Origin: the human T2T-CHM13v2.0 reference genome, Homo sapiens
Assembly (NCBI RefSeq): GCF_009914755.1
Contig: NC_060929.1
Direction: 5' to 3' (one strand)
DNA: 64,000 nucleotides
Shown here: piece after piece, positions 11,902-25,545 of the stretch
How positions within the stretch are numbered: the first letter of the stretch is position 1
Layout: each line of letters starts with the position of its first letter
Made by a program: the position numbers and the translations under genes
The notes under the pieces: generated by a model
What the model was told of the DNA's origin: nothing
The model's input: only the letters and a program-made list of their open reading frames with translations
Database searches by the model: none

Positions 11902-13166
11902 CAGCTAACCCCCTCGGTGAGTAGGCAGGGTTCATGGTGTGCCTGTGGGCCTGGGTGTGTGTGGTAGGTCGTGAGGGGTTGGAAGGTGGTGAAGGGATAC
12001 AGCCGTATGGGAATTTGATTTAATGTAAGGGCCAGACTAAACCTTTGTGAAAGGGAAACTCAGTGATCATCAAATTATGAAATTGGCAAGTTCAATTCAA
12101 ACTATTTTCATAACAAGTGGTTTAGGGAGCTAACAACTTATTGGGAAATAATAATTTGCTTATATAACTGTGCCATGTTTCTAGTTGACAATTTCAGAAC
12201 CAATTGGCAATTTGGTCAATGATGGCACGATATTAAATAATAATAACAGATTAGTCTTAGAAGGCTAGTGAGTGATCCTTTCTTCCAGCCCTCATTAATA
12301 TTGCTATTCTTCACTTTGTAAACATACATCCTCACATACAATATTTTAATGTACTTTTTTATACTTTAAACAAAGGTCATTTTAATAATGTGGGTGATTT
12401 CAGGGATCTAACTTTTGATATTTTAAAATGCCTATTGTCATTAGTTGCTGTGGGCAAGAGCAAAAGAAAAAAAAGTCTTTTATTTGCCTTCAGCAATTTC
12501 ATAGCTTTCATCTTTAATTGGTTAAAATTGGCAAAGGATTCTTTCAAAATGTGTGTTTGTTTATCAATGAGTGTGCTTGATAATTACTCTAAAGTAGGTA
12601 TTTTAGGGAAGTTTGCGGATAATGCAGTGCTGTGATTAAGCAGGGCTTTATAATTTACAACAGGCTGGTGTTTAAGATGGTTGGCAGAAACAGAAGGACT
12701 CACAAACACAATCATTCTTTTTGTCTGGGAAAATTGTTTAAGATGATTTTAGTAATTGGGATCATTACTTTAATATAGCTGAATATCAAAATATTCCATT
12801 GTGAAACCAAATAATGTGTGGATATTACGTTTCTGTAGACTTTAGGGATATGGATAACAGATGTTGTTTGGAACCAAGTGAAACTCAAAGGAGTGTTTTT
12901 AAATAGCCAATAAACTGTAAATATTAGCTAAGGTACTTGAAAATTTCTACCATAATATTTAACCAAATTTTCATTTCTTTTTATTACTTAAAAAAAAAAG
13001 TATTAAGTAGGCTAACATCAATTTTGCCAGCTGGCTGGATCTCTGATGTTTATAAATTTTCCTATGCAGATTTTCAATTTTTAATATGCAGATTTTCAAT
13101 ATTTAGTTGAAGGCCATTACTTTATCACTTGGCATTTGGAGGGATAGTCATCAAAATTGTAATTTA

Positions 13167-13461
13167 GGCCGGACACCGTGGCTCATGCCTATAATCCCAG
13201 CACTTTAGGAGGTCAAGGCGCGTGGATCACCTGAGGTCAGGAGTTTGAGACCAGCCTGGCCAACATGGTAAAACCCTGTCTCTACTAAAAATACAAAAAT
13301 TAGCCAGGCATGGTGATATGCGCCTGTAATTCTGCTACTCGGGAGGCTGAGGCAGGAAAATAGCTTGAACCCAGGAGGTAAATGTAGCAGTGAGCCAAGA
13401 TTGCACCACTGGACTCCAGCCTGGGCAATAGAGTGAGACTCTTGTCTCAAAAAAAAAAAAA
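13167..13461 (+). mobile_element. AluSx-like, full length
   Basis: ggccggacaccgtggctc...ggatcacctgaggtcaggag...poly-A at 13449-13461. Confidence 0.95.
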
Positions 13462-14296
13462 TTAGTTTTTTTTTTTTTTTTTTTTGTGAGTGTCTTGCTT
13501 TATATTTATGGAGAAACTAAGTGCTAGATAGTTGAGAAAGATTAGTTAAGATTTTTAGTTCACTTGGGTATGGATGAATTTTGGATATTTTATCACAGTC
13601 TAAAGTTTTGTAAGTTTATTAAGTCATATATTTCTACAGGGAAACGTTCTCATTGTAAGGCAAACAGAAAAATTCATACCTTCATGACCATTCAACTCTT
13701 TTTTTAAAGATTCATAGTTTAATAGTCAATAAAACATGATCCATTTGTGATGCAAAACAAAACAAAACAAAAAGTGAATTTCTTGCATTGAAATAGCACC
13801 AAAAAGTCCATAACAACAGACTTGAGAGATTCTAGCTTTTTTTGCCTAGAAGTTGAATTTGGAAATTCAAACAGCTTGACACCAACTTGAACTTTGAAAC
13901 ATTCTCAGGGTCTCTTAACAAACAGCTGTGAAAAATATGTGAGCAGCTGAGTGCCTGAGCATTTATTAATCCCAAACAAATGGGCACACTCGGAAAGGAA
14001 ATGTAAAATAACTTCCCAAGTGTGTAAATTTGAAAGTTTCTAAAATTTTTTGAACTAATTATTTTTCTTTTGTCAATACACATTTTGGTGCACTTGAAAC
14101 TACAGAAAAATTTCACTGAATAGCAGGACAAATCAATTGATTCTCTAGGTCATTCTGGTGCTTTGAATATAAAGAGTTTAAATTTTCAACTGTATAACTT
14201 ACCGATGTGGTAATAGTTAAGCCATCCAATTTAGAGAAAAATGGTTATACTTTTCTCAAGAGGAAATGCTGCACCCTAACTAGATGAAGCCTTGGG

Positions 14297-14396
14297 ATAA
14301 TCTCTAATTGAAAGGGTTTCTGCTAATGTCACTATAGTTTGGGTCAATAATCTCTAATTGAAAGGGTTTCTGCTAATGTCACTATAGTTTGGGTCA
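14297..14396. repeat. Perfect 50-bp tandem duplication
   Basis: ataatctctaattgaaagggtttctgctaatgtcactatagtttgggtca occurs at 14297-14346 and again at 14347-14396 with no mismatch. Confidence 0.97.
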
Positions 14397-14424
14397 CTGT
14401 CTGCTATTACTTCCCAGGAACTAG

Positions 14425-14792
<368 letters not shown>

Positions 14793-15379
14793 TACTGTTT
14801 TAAAGTATAATGACATCTTAGGGCAAAATTATGTTTGAATTAGGAAATTATATGTCCTCCACTTAATATCAGTTGGAGTTTTTAGTTCAAACCAGAGGTC
14901 TCTTGTGTGTTCATAACGAAGACTTTTCTCTCTGGGATTCAGGTCCACCCTTCTTGGGTTGACATCAGTTTCTGAAAACTTACTTGGATCCTGCATACAA
15001 AGTAACTTGCATGAAATTCTCCTTTCCTGGGCACACAATCATACTGTTTAGATGCCAAGGCCTGCATCTGTTTTGAAAGCCATTTCAATTGGCTGCTCCA
15101 AATAGCTCTAGGACTTAACTTCTCTTCATGAGTCATTCTGTCTTTTCAAATCCTCCAGATTGGTTTCTTCAAGTTTCAAACTTCAACTCAACAAACATTT
15201 ACTGTGGGCCTTCCATACTAGTGACTACATTAGACATAAAAGCTAGATAAAACCTTGGTCTCTGCTCTTATTCTGATCTTTCTGCCTGAGGGGAACTGTC
15301 ATGAAATCGAGTAACTACTACACCATGGTTAAGTGCTATGAGAGCTGGTTGAAAAGAACAAAGAGAAGAACCAGTAACC

Positions 15380-15600
15380 ACATTGAATATTAGGCTCTAT
15401 CACTTACTTACTAGCCTTCCGTCTTGCATAGGCTGTGCAAGTTCCCTGAACCTCAGTTACCTCTTCTGCAAAGAATATGCATGTGACATGCCACATAGGA
15501 TTATTGTGAGGACTAAATGAGATAGCCAAAGTACACCTCTGATCATGGCCCTTAGAGTATAGGCATTTGTCATTAATGCTCAGCTACTGTTATTATAATC
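15380..15600 (+). mobile_element. MIR SINE
   Basis: cctgaacctcagttacctcttctgcaaa..ggattattgtgaggactaaatgagata. Confidence 0.65.
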
Positions 15601-15696
15601 ATATAATATTTGTCATTTACCAAAGTGTATTTATGTATTAGAAAATTTTAAAGCTAGAAGGACTGCAGAAGTAATGTAGTTCAATAATAGACACCT

Positions 15697-16150
15697 ACAT
15701 CAGTCAGGGTCCAATGAGACAGAAAACTCTCCAGTTATTTGAAAAAGAAATAATTTAATACAAAGAAATGTTAACTAGATCTAAAGTTGCCAATTATGTA
15801 ACCAAAAAGAAAAAACTTGGAGGTAGCAATTATAGGAAGCAGCTATCACTCTTAGGGCTGAAGGCCCAAAAGGAAGACACTGGAATGATGACAATTTAGA
15901 AGCATGGAGGAGGGGCCCCAGAGCTGTAGCTCAGAGGAAGCACTCTATGGAGCTAGTTTTAGATTTCTGAGGAGGAGGCATTGGCCAGCCAGTGCTTGGG
16001 CTGATGTACTTACGGGGGTGAAATGAAGCTGGTGCTGCATATGTTGAAAAACTGCATATTGGATTCAGCTGCTGCTATTGGGAGGCCTGTGGCTGCCAAG
16101 GCAAAGATCCCAGTGCCGAGCAGCACACACAGGGGCAGGAGAGAAAGAAT
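15697..16150 (-). mobile_element. Old ERVL-class LTR fragment
   Basis: ..cagtcagggtccaatgagacagaaaactctccagttatttgaaaaagaaataatttaatacaaag resembles the antisense terminus of old ERVL LTRs. Confidence 0.45.
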
Positions 16151-17974
16151 GCTACCTAGCTTACTGTGTCCAGTTCTTGCAAGAACTGGCTGTGTCTTGA
16201 CCTAAAGTTCAAGTAAAACCTGTGTCTTTAAAATAAATTCTCCATTCTTATTTAAGCCAAGGAGAATCTCTATTACTTGTGGAAAAAAGTCTTAATAAAT
16301 ACACATTTTGTGAATCAAAATAACATCTTTCTGGAATGCAATGTACCTTTTACCACAACACCGACCTCAGCGTGACCATGTCTTTAAAAAGTCCACACTA
16401 AGAGTTGCGAGTAGCTCAGGGAACATGGGTTAAAGTTTTGCTGATATAAATTCATCTATGACCCCAAATATTGCCTGTGCATTTCACTGGGATCCGTTGA
16501 TACAGCTCCATGCTTTTGGAATTATTTCACTGCTTCTGAGTGCACTATGTGCATAAACCTGTGCAGAATGGCCAAAGCAATTTGGAAAGAATGACTGTTG
16601 ACAGCTTTTAGTTCCACCTCATCCTCATAGGCCTGGTCAAAGGAAATCTCTAATTTCTTAAAGTGAATTACAGCTCTCCTGAAGTGAGTGAGCTAACAAA
16701 ATATGTTCATTTTGCATGTCAAGTTTGGTGGTGTGGTTCATTTCAACGGACACTTCAGTGCATCTAACAGTTTCAGTATCATTATTATGAGTTCCCTCTC
16801 GTGCCAAAAATGCCTGGAAAAGCCTGTTGCATATGAGTAGTGCAAGTCATGATTGTTCATCTGGAAATTGTTTTGAGTAGAAAAATGATATTTCCCCATC
16901 CCGTCTAGAACAATTATTTTGGATAATGTAAAAGGCAGAATTTGCTGTTCGACACAAAATGTTTGGCACTACAGGAGATAATCGGAAGAGATACTAGCAA
17001 ACAATGAGTGGGGAAAAATAAGCAAATTAGCAGGATAGGGTAGTAGCTAAGCTTTTATTTTTGGGGGGTGTCTTAATGATTTTCTGATCCAGATTTGTCT
17101 AAGTTTCAGGGTAGGCATGGTTAAATGATGAGGAGAGACAGAGAAAAGGGGGCTTAAGCTCAATTAAAATCAAACACTTTGCACAGCACCAACATACACT
17201 TGAATGAACGTTTTCCCCTTATCTATTGTTGTGTGTGTGTGTGTGTGTCTGTGTCTGTGTGTGTTTAATTTTGTAGCTACAGCCACACACTCCAACTGTC
17301 AGTTCAGAATATTTTATAGGCACTTTTGGTTCATGTGTTAGGAGGTGTACAGTTTACCATCTATGTTATTTGTGTGGTGCTGACTCATATCACATGGGTA
17401 GGCTATTCTGAGTTTTAATCTTGCCTGGATATATCCTTTAAAAATACATCTTCATTCATTTGTATGAGCCAAAGTGTTTGCAACTAATTTCTTTTCCTTC
17501 TGTGTCCTATTACATTTCACTGCATGACAAGCATTTTTTAAGCATTTAGAGGAAAATGCAGTGATGACATAAAAAAATCTTTAATTGGATCTGGATGGAA
17601 GTCTCTTGCTATATTAGAAGGCTTAGTTGTATAATACTAAAAATTGTACAAATTGTGCAAGTCTGGAGGCAAAGAATTTGTGGTGTTTGTGTAGGTCTGT
17701 TCCTGAGCTGGCATGATGCAAGAGTTTTGTAAGGACCTCCTGGGTGTCCTTCTGCTTCTAACACCCTAAAACCTCTCAATCCCAGGTGTCAACTTGGTGT
17801 GTCACCCAAAGTTATGTTCCAAGAAGGTGACTTCTTATGGCTTTGGGTTAATGAAACAGGATTCACAATTATGTCATACAGAGATGGAGTTAGGACTTAA
17901 GAGTGATGGGCTAGGTACATTGACTTAGAATCCAAAAATGGACCAGGCAGAGAAACTCAAAATGGAGTAGCTAA

Positions 17975-18200
17975 TTTCTATTGAGCACAATCAACATGCC
18001 AGACACTATTCTAGATGCCTCACATGTATGAGTCATTTAGTCCATCCAAAAATGATTATTATGGCCACTTTCAGATGAGAAAACTGAGGGTCAGAGGTAA
18101 GAAAGTTGCTGGAAGTCATGCAATTACTAAGAGCCAGAGATGATTCAAATCCAAGCAGTTGGATCTAGAGATCACCTTTCTAACCACTGGATTCTACTGC
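17975..18200 (-). mobile_element. MIR SINE
   Basis: tttcagatgagaaaactgagggtcagag core and gattcaaatccaagcag. Confidence 0.7.
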
Positions 18201-18529
18201 TGCCCAAAGGCCTCTTCAAAGCCCTGGACCATCACGTGGGGACTCCTAGAAGTCTTAGTGCTTAGAAGTCTTCCCAACTCTGCCAAAGCAGATTAGTTAA
18301 TGTTATCATGGCTCAATTGTCTCCTACTTTATAGATATTACCATAATGGTAATTAGATAATTATGTAAGTAATTACTCATTTAGTGTGTGTTTCCCTGCC
18401 AGACTGTAATTAGCCTAAGAGCAGACACCAGATTTGTAAGCTCACTCCTGCATTCCCAGGCCCTGGGTTCTAATCCAACATATCAAATGCATTCAATAAA
18501 TTCTTGTTGAAATAATAAAAAATGACTAT

Positions 18530-19026
18530 TGTATTAATGATCTATTACTGAATAAGAAATTATCCCAAAATACAATGGCTTTAAACAATGAACACTTATT
18601 ATATCACAGTGTCTGTGGGCTGGGAGTTTAGGAGTGGCTTAGCTAGATGCTTCTGGCTCGGGGTCCCTCATAAAGTTGCAGTCAAGGTGTCATCTGGGGA
18701 TGCTGTCATCTGAGCCTTTGGTGGGGCTGTAAGATGGTTCACTCACATGGCAGGATGCCTCAGTTCCTTGCCACATGGTCCTGTCCATAGAATTTCTTCA
18801 TAGAGTATTCTCATGACATAGCAGATAGCTTCCCAGGGGAGGCAGGAAGGCAGCCACAATGCTTTTTATGACCTTAAAGTTACACAGTGTCACTTCTACC
18901 ATATTCTATTCATTCAAATCAAGTCTTAGTCTAACCTACACTCAAGAGGAAGGGAATTAGACTCCCTTCCCTCTTTTGAAGAGAAACACATTAACGAATG
19001 GGTGGCCATATTTTAAAATCACCATA
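18530..19026 (-). mobile_element. MaLR solo LTR (MLT1H-like)
   Basis: tgtatt..aattatcccaaaa..tggctttaaacaa..cacagtgtctgtgggctgggagtttagg..ttttaaaatcaccata. Confidence 0.75.
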
Positions 19027-19179
19027 TCTTATTACTTTATTTTACATAGGCAATATTTCAGCACGCAAGAATGAGGCTCCCGTAAGGAGAATTTTCTACT
19101 CAAAGAACAAATATAGATTAAGGACATGGAGGTGGGGGAGCAAGGTTTGTTGGAGAACAGCAAGTGTCCTAGATTAGAA

Positions 19180-19800
19180 GGTAAAGGAAGGGTATAGGAA
19201 TAGGGAAGAGAAGGAAAATAAAATGAGAAGAGGGAGGGGAATGTGAAGAATTTTTACTTGCCATGGTGAACAAAGGAAAGCAGTGAAATGACATAATTAG
19301 AAGGGACATTCCTTTAGGAATATTTATCTGGGAATGTGGAAACAAGCACTGGAGACTGAAATTTGAAATCATTAGGAGGCCACTGTCTTTGCAGCAGATT
19401 TCCAGGACCTTAGCTTGAACAGAACAGTGGAAGTAGAAAGCAGAGAACAAATCCTACAGTGCTTGGCTGGCTAATTAAATAATGATTGAGCCCAGAAGGA
19501 GCTGCCAAAGGTGACATAACGTTTTGGGTTTGGGTGATAGTATGCAATCAAAAAGGAAATAAGGAGGACCGGGGGATAGTGGTATGACTTTTGCAAGCAG
19601 ATCCTGTATGATGAGAAAGAATCCCAGGATATTGACTGTGTGCTTTCCTAGAAAGATGACGACATTGGATTTCATCTGTTAACCCTGGGTTGTAGTAGGA
19701 TGTCCAAGGACATCCAAGGGTTAGAAGCCTAGAAATGTGGCAATCAGAAATGTGGGTTTGGAGGTCATGAGAGAGGTCAGACTTAAAGACCAGCCCTACT
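19180..19800 (-). mobile_element. L2 fragment(s)
   Basis: Purine-rich, with gtaggatgtccaaggacatccaagg..gaaatgtgggtttggaggtcatgagagaggtcag typical of antisense L2. Confidence 0.5.
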
Positions 19801-20014
19801 GTCCATAAAAGTGAAAACATAGGCAAAACCTCCTGGAGCCAACCATGTTACTGGGCAGTGTCAGGATTTCTGCTACTTACTTGTAATATGAATTCTGCAG
19901 CCACAAGCACATCATGTTAATGCTACGACTTGCCTTTTAAAACTCATTTTTCTTTAAGGAATTATTCGGTAGAAAAAGTGTTCAGGCAGCTATTTCATTT
20001 CTGGCTAGTGTCAC

Positions 20015-20505
20015 TGTATAAGATTTTTACTGCTGCTATAACAAATTACCACAAATTTAGTGGCTTAAAATGAAACCAGTTTATCTCTTACTTCTCAAGT
20101 TCTGGAAGTTAGAAGTCCAAAATCAGTTTCACTGTGCTAAAGTCAAGGTGTCTGCTGGCTGGCTTCTTCAGGAGTCTCTGAAGGGAGAATCTTCCTTACC
20201 TTTTTCACCTTCTAGTTGCCGCCTATATTCTTTGGTCTGTGATCCCCTCTACCTTCAGTTAGCATTGTTTCAATCCCTGCTTCCATTAGTACATGGCTTT
20301 CTCCTCTGACGCTGATGCCTCCTGCATCCCTCTTTGAAGAACTGCTGTGTTTCCATTACATCCACTTGGATAATCAAGGATAATCTCCCCATCTCAAGGT
20401 CCTTCACTTAATCACACATGCTAAGTCCATTTTTCTGTATTAGGTAATTCACCGATTCTGGCAATTAGGATATGGACCTATTTGAGAGGCCACTATTCAG
20501 CCAAA
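20015..20505 (-). mobile_element. MLT1D-like solo LTR
   Basis: ctgctgctataacaaattaccacaaatttagtggcttaaaa..gataatcaaggataatctccccatctcaaggtccttcacttaatcaca..ggccactattcagcc. Confidence 0.85.
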
Positions 20506-20633
20506 ATTCAGCTGGGTGTAAATATACTCTGCGTGCTTCCAAATTCCCATTGTCCACTTGAACACACACAACCTATGTGAAGTTTCTAAACATCCCTTCT
20601 TCCACCCTCTCATCTTCAAGAGTTTTTATGGGT

Positions 20634-20635
<2 letters not shown>

Positions 20636-20673
<38 letters not shown>
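20636..20673. repeat. (CAT)n trinucleotide repeat, about 12 units
   Basis: catcatcat... read directly from the sequence. Confidence 0.95.
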
Positions 20674-21269
20674 CGACAATTCTAAAAAGGCCTTCGATAT
20701 CATCACAGAGCTACATGGTCTAAAGAGATCTCAAATTTCAGCCAGTCCAGCACCAGTTGAGTATTTATATCGCTTGGTCTTCAGATCTGAAGATGGAAAA
20801 TGAAGCACTTGAATTTACTTCTAAATTTCTCACTCCATTTGTCTTCCTTATGTGCCATTGATTCCTTGGCAACCCACTCTGCTCTCCATGATTTCTCTTT
20901 CTTTAGCAAAGAGTATGTCTAGCAAATTTCTAACATAATGTATTAGAAGTGTTCAACATCCTGATCAGAACAACAGACATAAATTTCCTACCATGATTAG
21001 CCAAAGTTTGAAGTCTCTTTAGACCCTCAGCTTCTATGTTTCTGTTAAAGGTTTTCTTAAAATGATATTGATATGAACTCCAATATAATATAAATGTATC
21101 ATATTTCACTAGAAATGATTTCATCTTTAAAATGAAATATATTTTAAAATAAATCCTGCTGAAGTGTAAATCACTGTATTATTGCTCACTGTTGAACCGA
21201 GGTTGCAATCCTTTATCATATAGTTTGTGAATAATTTTCAGTGATCAATATTTTCAGGTATCAGGAGTA

Positions 21270-21495
21270 TGAAAGAAAGATCTGGGATTTACAGTTGAAC
21301 AAATCTGGTTTCAAATTTTAGCAATGCAGCCAAGTTATAGGCAAGTATGTTAAATTCTCTGAGTCTGTGCTTCCTTATTGGAGAAATGGGAATATTAATA
21401 CCCACAACTACAAGGACTAGGGGATTAGATGTGATAATGATGTAAAGTACCTAGCACTGCTTGGCACATAGTAGACACTCAGTAAATACTAATCC
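21270..21495 (+). mobile_element. MIR SINE
   Basis: ggtttcaaat..ggcaagtatgttaaattctctgagtctgtgcttcctt..aaatgggaat..gcacatagtagacactcagtaaat. Confidence 0.7.
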
Positions 21496-22099
21496 CAGTC
21501 ACTCAACTAGTGTTTATCTTCTATGTGTCAGGAACTGGACTTGGTGACTTGGTGCTAATTCTTTACTCCTTCCTCTTCATACTCATCACCACGTATACAA
21601 CAGAAGAAAAATGTCCTTAACTTGACATTCCAGATCCCTGACAAACTGGGTTTATATCCGTAATAAAAAATAATAATTAGAAAATATGTTAATGATGAGC
21701 AGGATTATAATTATAATGTGAAGGATAATTATTCATTAGCTTAGTAAGGCTCCATGTTTACTGACAGCTGCTGTTATATAAAATTATAAACTGTAAGGAA
21801 GGAAAGGCTAAAATGGTTATGTATGACTGGTTCATTCAGGCAGGCAATAAGAATTATTATAATCCATGAATTCATAGGTCAAAGATGTGCTCATTGTTGA
21901 AACAGAAAAACGTGATTAAAATCCAGTCTTTATTGTATAGTTATTGTAAATAAATTTGTTACAATTTTCAGCTACACTATAACCAAGTTTGCCTTCTTTT
22001 GTTATTTGTGACTGAAACCAATTAACCAAAAATATATTTAAAACATTTGTTTTCTTCATTTATTTAAACTTTCTGAAATATTTTATGCTCCATACAGGG

Positions 22100-22468
22100 T
22101 GTATTAGTCCATTCTCCTGTTGCTAAAAGGACATACCCAAGACTGGGTAATTTATAAAGGAAAGAGGTTTAATTGACTCGTGGTTCCACAGTACTGGGGA
22201 GATCTCAGGAAACTTACAATCATGGCAGAAGGGGAAGCAAACACATCCTTCTTGACATGGTGGCAGGAAGAAGAATGTGTGCCGAGCAAAGGAGAAACTC
22301 CTTATAAAACCACCAGATCTCCTGAGAACTCACTCACTATAATGAGAACAGTACAGGGGAGACCACTCCCATGATTCAATTATCCCCACCCAGTCCTGCC
22401 CTTGACACATGGGGATTATTACAATTCAAGGTGAGATCTGAGTGGGGACAGAGAGCCAAACCATATCA
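22100..22468 (-). mobile_element. THE1 (THE1C-like) solo LTR
   Basis: tgtattagtccattctc...ccaaaccatatca with a perfect 5-bp TSD caggg (22095-22099 and 22469-22473). Confidence 0.93.
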
Positions 22469-23599
22469 CAGGGATGGAAAGACTGTGTTATTATGTGTTG
22501 AAAGTAGATCGTTGGTCTCAACATTGTGTTCCTCTATCTTGGGTCTGGATAGCAAATGCACAAGATCATCATGTCCCCCAATACTAGAAATGTACAGGAA
22601 GTATACGGTTTTGAAATTTCTTAAGTTTAACTGTGTGTCCAAACTGCCAAAGTAAGTTATAAACTCAGTAGTGATACAACAGTTACCTCTCCATCTGTCC
22701 TTTCCTTTGGATTTTGAAAATATTCTCTCTAAAATTACTTTCCCCTTACACCAAAGATACATCTTTTTTAGAAAAAAAATAAATAAATATATATATATAG
22801 AAAAGTGGTCCATAAGATATTTTGGATTCTGAATAATCAATTTTTATGTCACCTTGCTTAGTTGGAAGACAGTCTGAAGTTCAGTCACTGATTAAAAAAA
22901 AATGAAAAAAGAGAATAAGGGCACAGTCAGACCCCCTTTGTGTAGCAAAATACATACAGTTTTGTGGACATGAAGCCAAGGATGTGGAGATTGAGTCTTT
23001 CATTATTCTAGGGTGTGTTAGTTAAAGTCATTTAACTAGAGTGTTTGTTTTTTACCCCTCTGGAATTATTATGACCCTTAAAGCTTTAATGCAATTTCAG
23101 CCCATGACACTAATGGAATAGTTTTATTAATAAAGAAATTCTGGATAAATAGAATTCAAAGCCAAGAGCGTGATAGGTTAATGGCAGATGGAATATAAAT
23201 TCACTGAACTATTAGTGCCTGCCAAATAAATTTGTATGCCTTAAATCTCAATTCAGAAATGAATACCAGGGATATTTTGCTACTTACGTTGTATTTACTT
23301 ATCAATATCAAAGGATTTTTATTAATGCAAGTGATAGCTTGTTAGTACTTTCTGTGGACTGTATCTAGCATGGCTGTATTAATTTGTTGCATATCTTCTC
23401 ATGGAGGTGTTAAACTACAATTAAGTGTGACAATGCTCTCAGTAATGAGGCTTTGGGATTAACCAGTGATAAGGGTGGAGAAGAAGCATCATTTATCTTG
23501 ACATTTTTCCTTCCAGTAACTTGAATGGCATATATATGGATTTAAATTTTCCTAGTTGTTATTCTTAAGTTTAAAAAGTGTAGTTATTAACATTATGAA

Positions 23600-24780
23600 T
23601 GAAACTTTATGTATTATGTTCCCTCATAAAAATGCAGAAATTCACTCATTTCTCTACACCCCCCTAATATCCTTCTTTTATTCTCTGTGTATTCTTGGAG
23701 TTTTGACAGAGTATAAATTAGTAATAATTATTTACTAATTTATTACTGTAAATTTTTTTTAGTATCACATATTTTCACTTTCAAGAATTATTACATTTTC
23801 ATTCTGTTTTGTAATAATATTCAAAAATAATTATATAATGAAAATGGGAAAAATATTTATATGAGCGATTCTATATTGAAATGACATTAATCTTCCATAT
23901 TAACCTTTTATTAAATAAATTACTCATTCTTGAGCTTTTTGTTTTGATTTATCTTTTTTGGTCCTGAAGACCTTTGTCTTCAGAAACCTGAGGGGTTTGT
24001 TTTATTATTTTAATTTATCATTTTATCTTAAGTATACTATTTTGAACATTTTTTGTCTTATTATTTGACTTTTAGTGTTGTATAGAAGATCTTTAAGGCC
24101 AAGCTGAATTTTTTTCCTTTATAAAGCAATCCTCCTCCTGTAAAACCCAACTCTCTCTGCTTGACTCTTCTGGAAAATTATCTTTAGTTTTTGTAATTCC
24201 ACTTGTTGAACAGGATATGTCTAAGTGCTGATCTCGTTTTAACAAATTATCTTGCTACATGATAAATAACTTTGATCTGCAAATTCAGATCTTCATCTTA
24301 GGAAATATTTTTCTTTTGTGTCTAACTTTCTTTTGATTTCCTTTGTTTCTCTCTCATTTTCACCAGTCTTCTAAATCAAGGAGAGTGTTTCAATCTTTTT
24401 CCTTACATAACTAACTCCATTTTTACAGTAGTTACTTTACTGTTTATTGATTATAATATAGTTTAAAGTTTAGTTTTAGTAATATTAGTTTCTTCATTTT
24501 TTTTCACTATCTACCAAGTTTCCTTTATTTTTCAGTATAAGACTACCATCTAATCTTTCTTCTTTATCTCAGAGACTGTTTTATTGGATTTTATTATGAG
24601 CACAAAACAGGTGTTATCTGAACTTTATTTCTGTTTTAACATAGTATTTTCATTTCAGGTGGATGCTGTTTATTTCTAGCTTACAATGTTATATTTCTTT
24701 ATTTTGTTTTTATAGATTATTGTTTATCCACCCTTGAACATGAACATGAGATTGATTTATGTCTGGCATTGAGTCTAAAA
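23600..24780 (-). mobile_element. Highly diverged L1M internal fragment
   Basis: Strongly T-rich, with motifs such as aggatatgtctaagtg, ttcagatcttcatcttaggaaatatttt and ggccaagctgaatttttt. Confidence 0.4.
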
Positions 24781-25326
24781 CTGTTGGGCAGATTCTGCGT
24801 GGATCTCCTGAAATGCCTACACCATGTGAGAATATTCTCTAAACGTTGAAGCTGGAGTCCGAGGTGGTACAAGTTTCCGTGGTTAGTTCAGTGATCCCCT
24901 CCACTAGTTGTGAAAGGAGAAAGATTTAGGACTGCCGGCAGGTTTAGAAGAACCACTTTATCTCTGGGTCATTTCTTCCCTGCTTTTGGAGAGGAAGGGG
25001 GACAAGGAGCCCCCTTTCCATGTCTGTGTTAAGGTTTTGCCTAGCTTTCACTCTCTGTACTCCGTGGGTCTGTGCCTGCTCTCTGCGCTGCTGTGCATGT
25101 TCTTGGAAGAACTTCACCATATTAAGGAGAAGCCAGTCACTCTGGGTATTTCCCTTAACGGGGTCACACTTATTTTTAACTCCCCACCCAAGACAGCTGC
25201 TTGGAAAGCTTGTCATCCATGGTGGCAAAGTGGTTTCTAATGGCAAGCTCTCTATTTCTTCTCTTTCCCACCATTGGGAAGAAGAAATCAAATCCAATCC
25301 CCAATCCCCTCTTCCTCCATTTAGAG

Positions 25327-25545
25327 CAAGCCTGTCCAACCCATAGCCCATGAGCTGCATGCAGCCCAGGATGGCGTTGAATGAGGCCCAATGCAATTTC
25401 GTAAACTTTCTTAAAGCATCATGAGTTTTTTTTTGTTTTTTTTTTTTAGCTCATTGGCTATTGTGTTAGTATATTTATTTGTGGCCCAAGATAATTCTTC
25501 TTCTTCCTGTGTGGCCCAGGGATGCCAAAAGATTGGACACTCCTG
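25327..25545 (-). mobile_element. MER30 hAT-Charlie DNA transposon
   Basis: TIRs caagcctgtccaac / gattggacactcctg and a perfect 8-bp TSD atttagag (25319-25326 and 25546-25553). Confidence 0.92.

Noticed and set aside
13063-13100. Short direct repeat tatgcagattttcaat x2
   Set aside because: A small, imperfect slippage duplication in AT-rich DNA with no further structure.
14297-14396. Tandem repeats as a CRISPR-like array (also 31347-31400)
   Set aside because: Only two adjacent copies with no spacers, in a clearly eukaryotic context.
20558-20803. ORF with a poly-histidine run
   Set aside because: It is just the translation of a (CAT)n microsatellite, with a non-ATG start and no domain context.
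24944-25396. Cluster of overlapping ORFs of 71-150 aa
   Set aside because: The longest one starts inside MER30. None has a recognisable product or splice structure.
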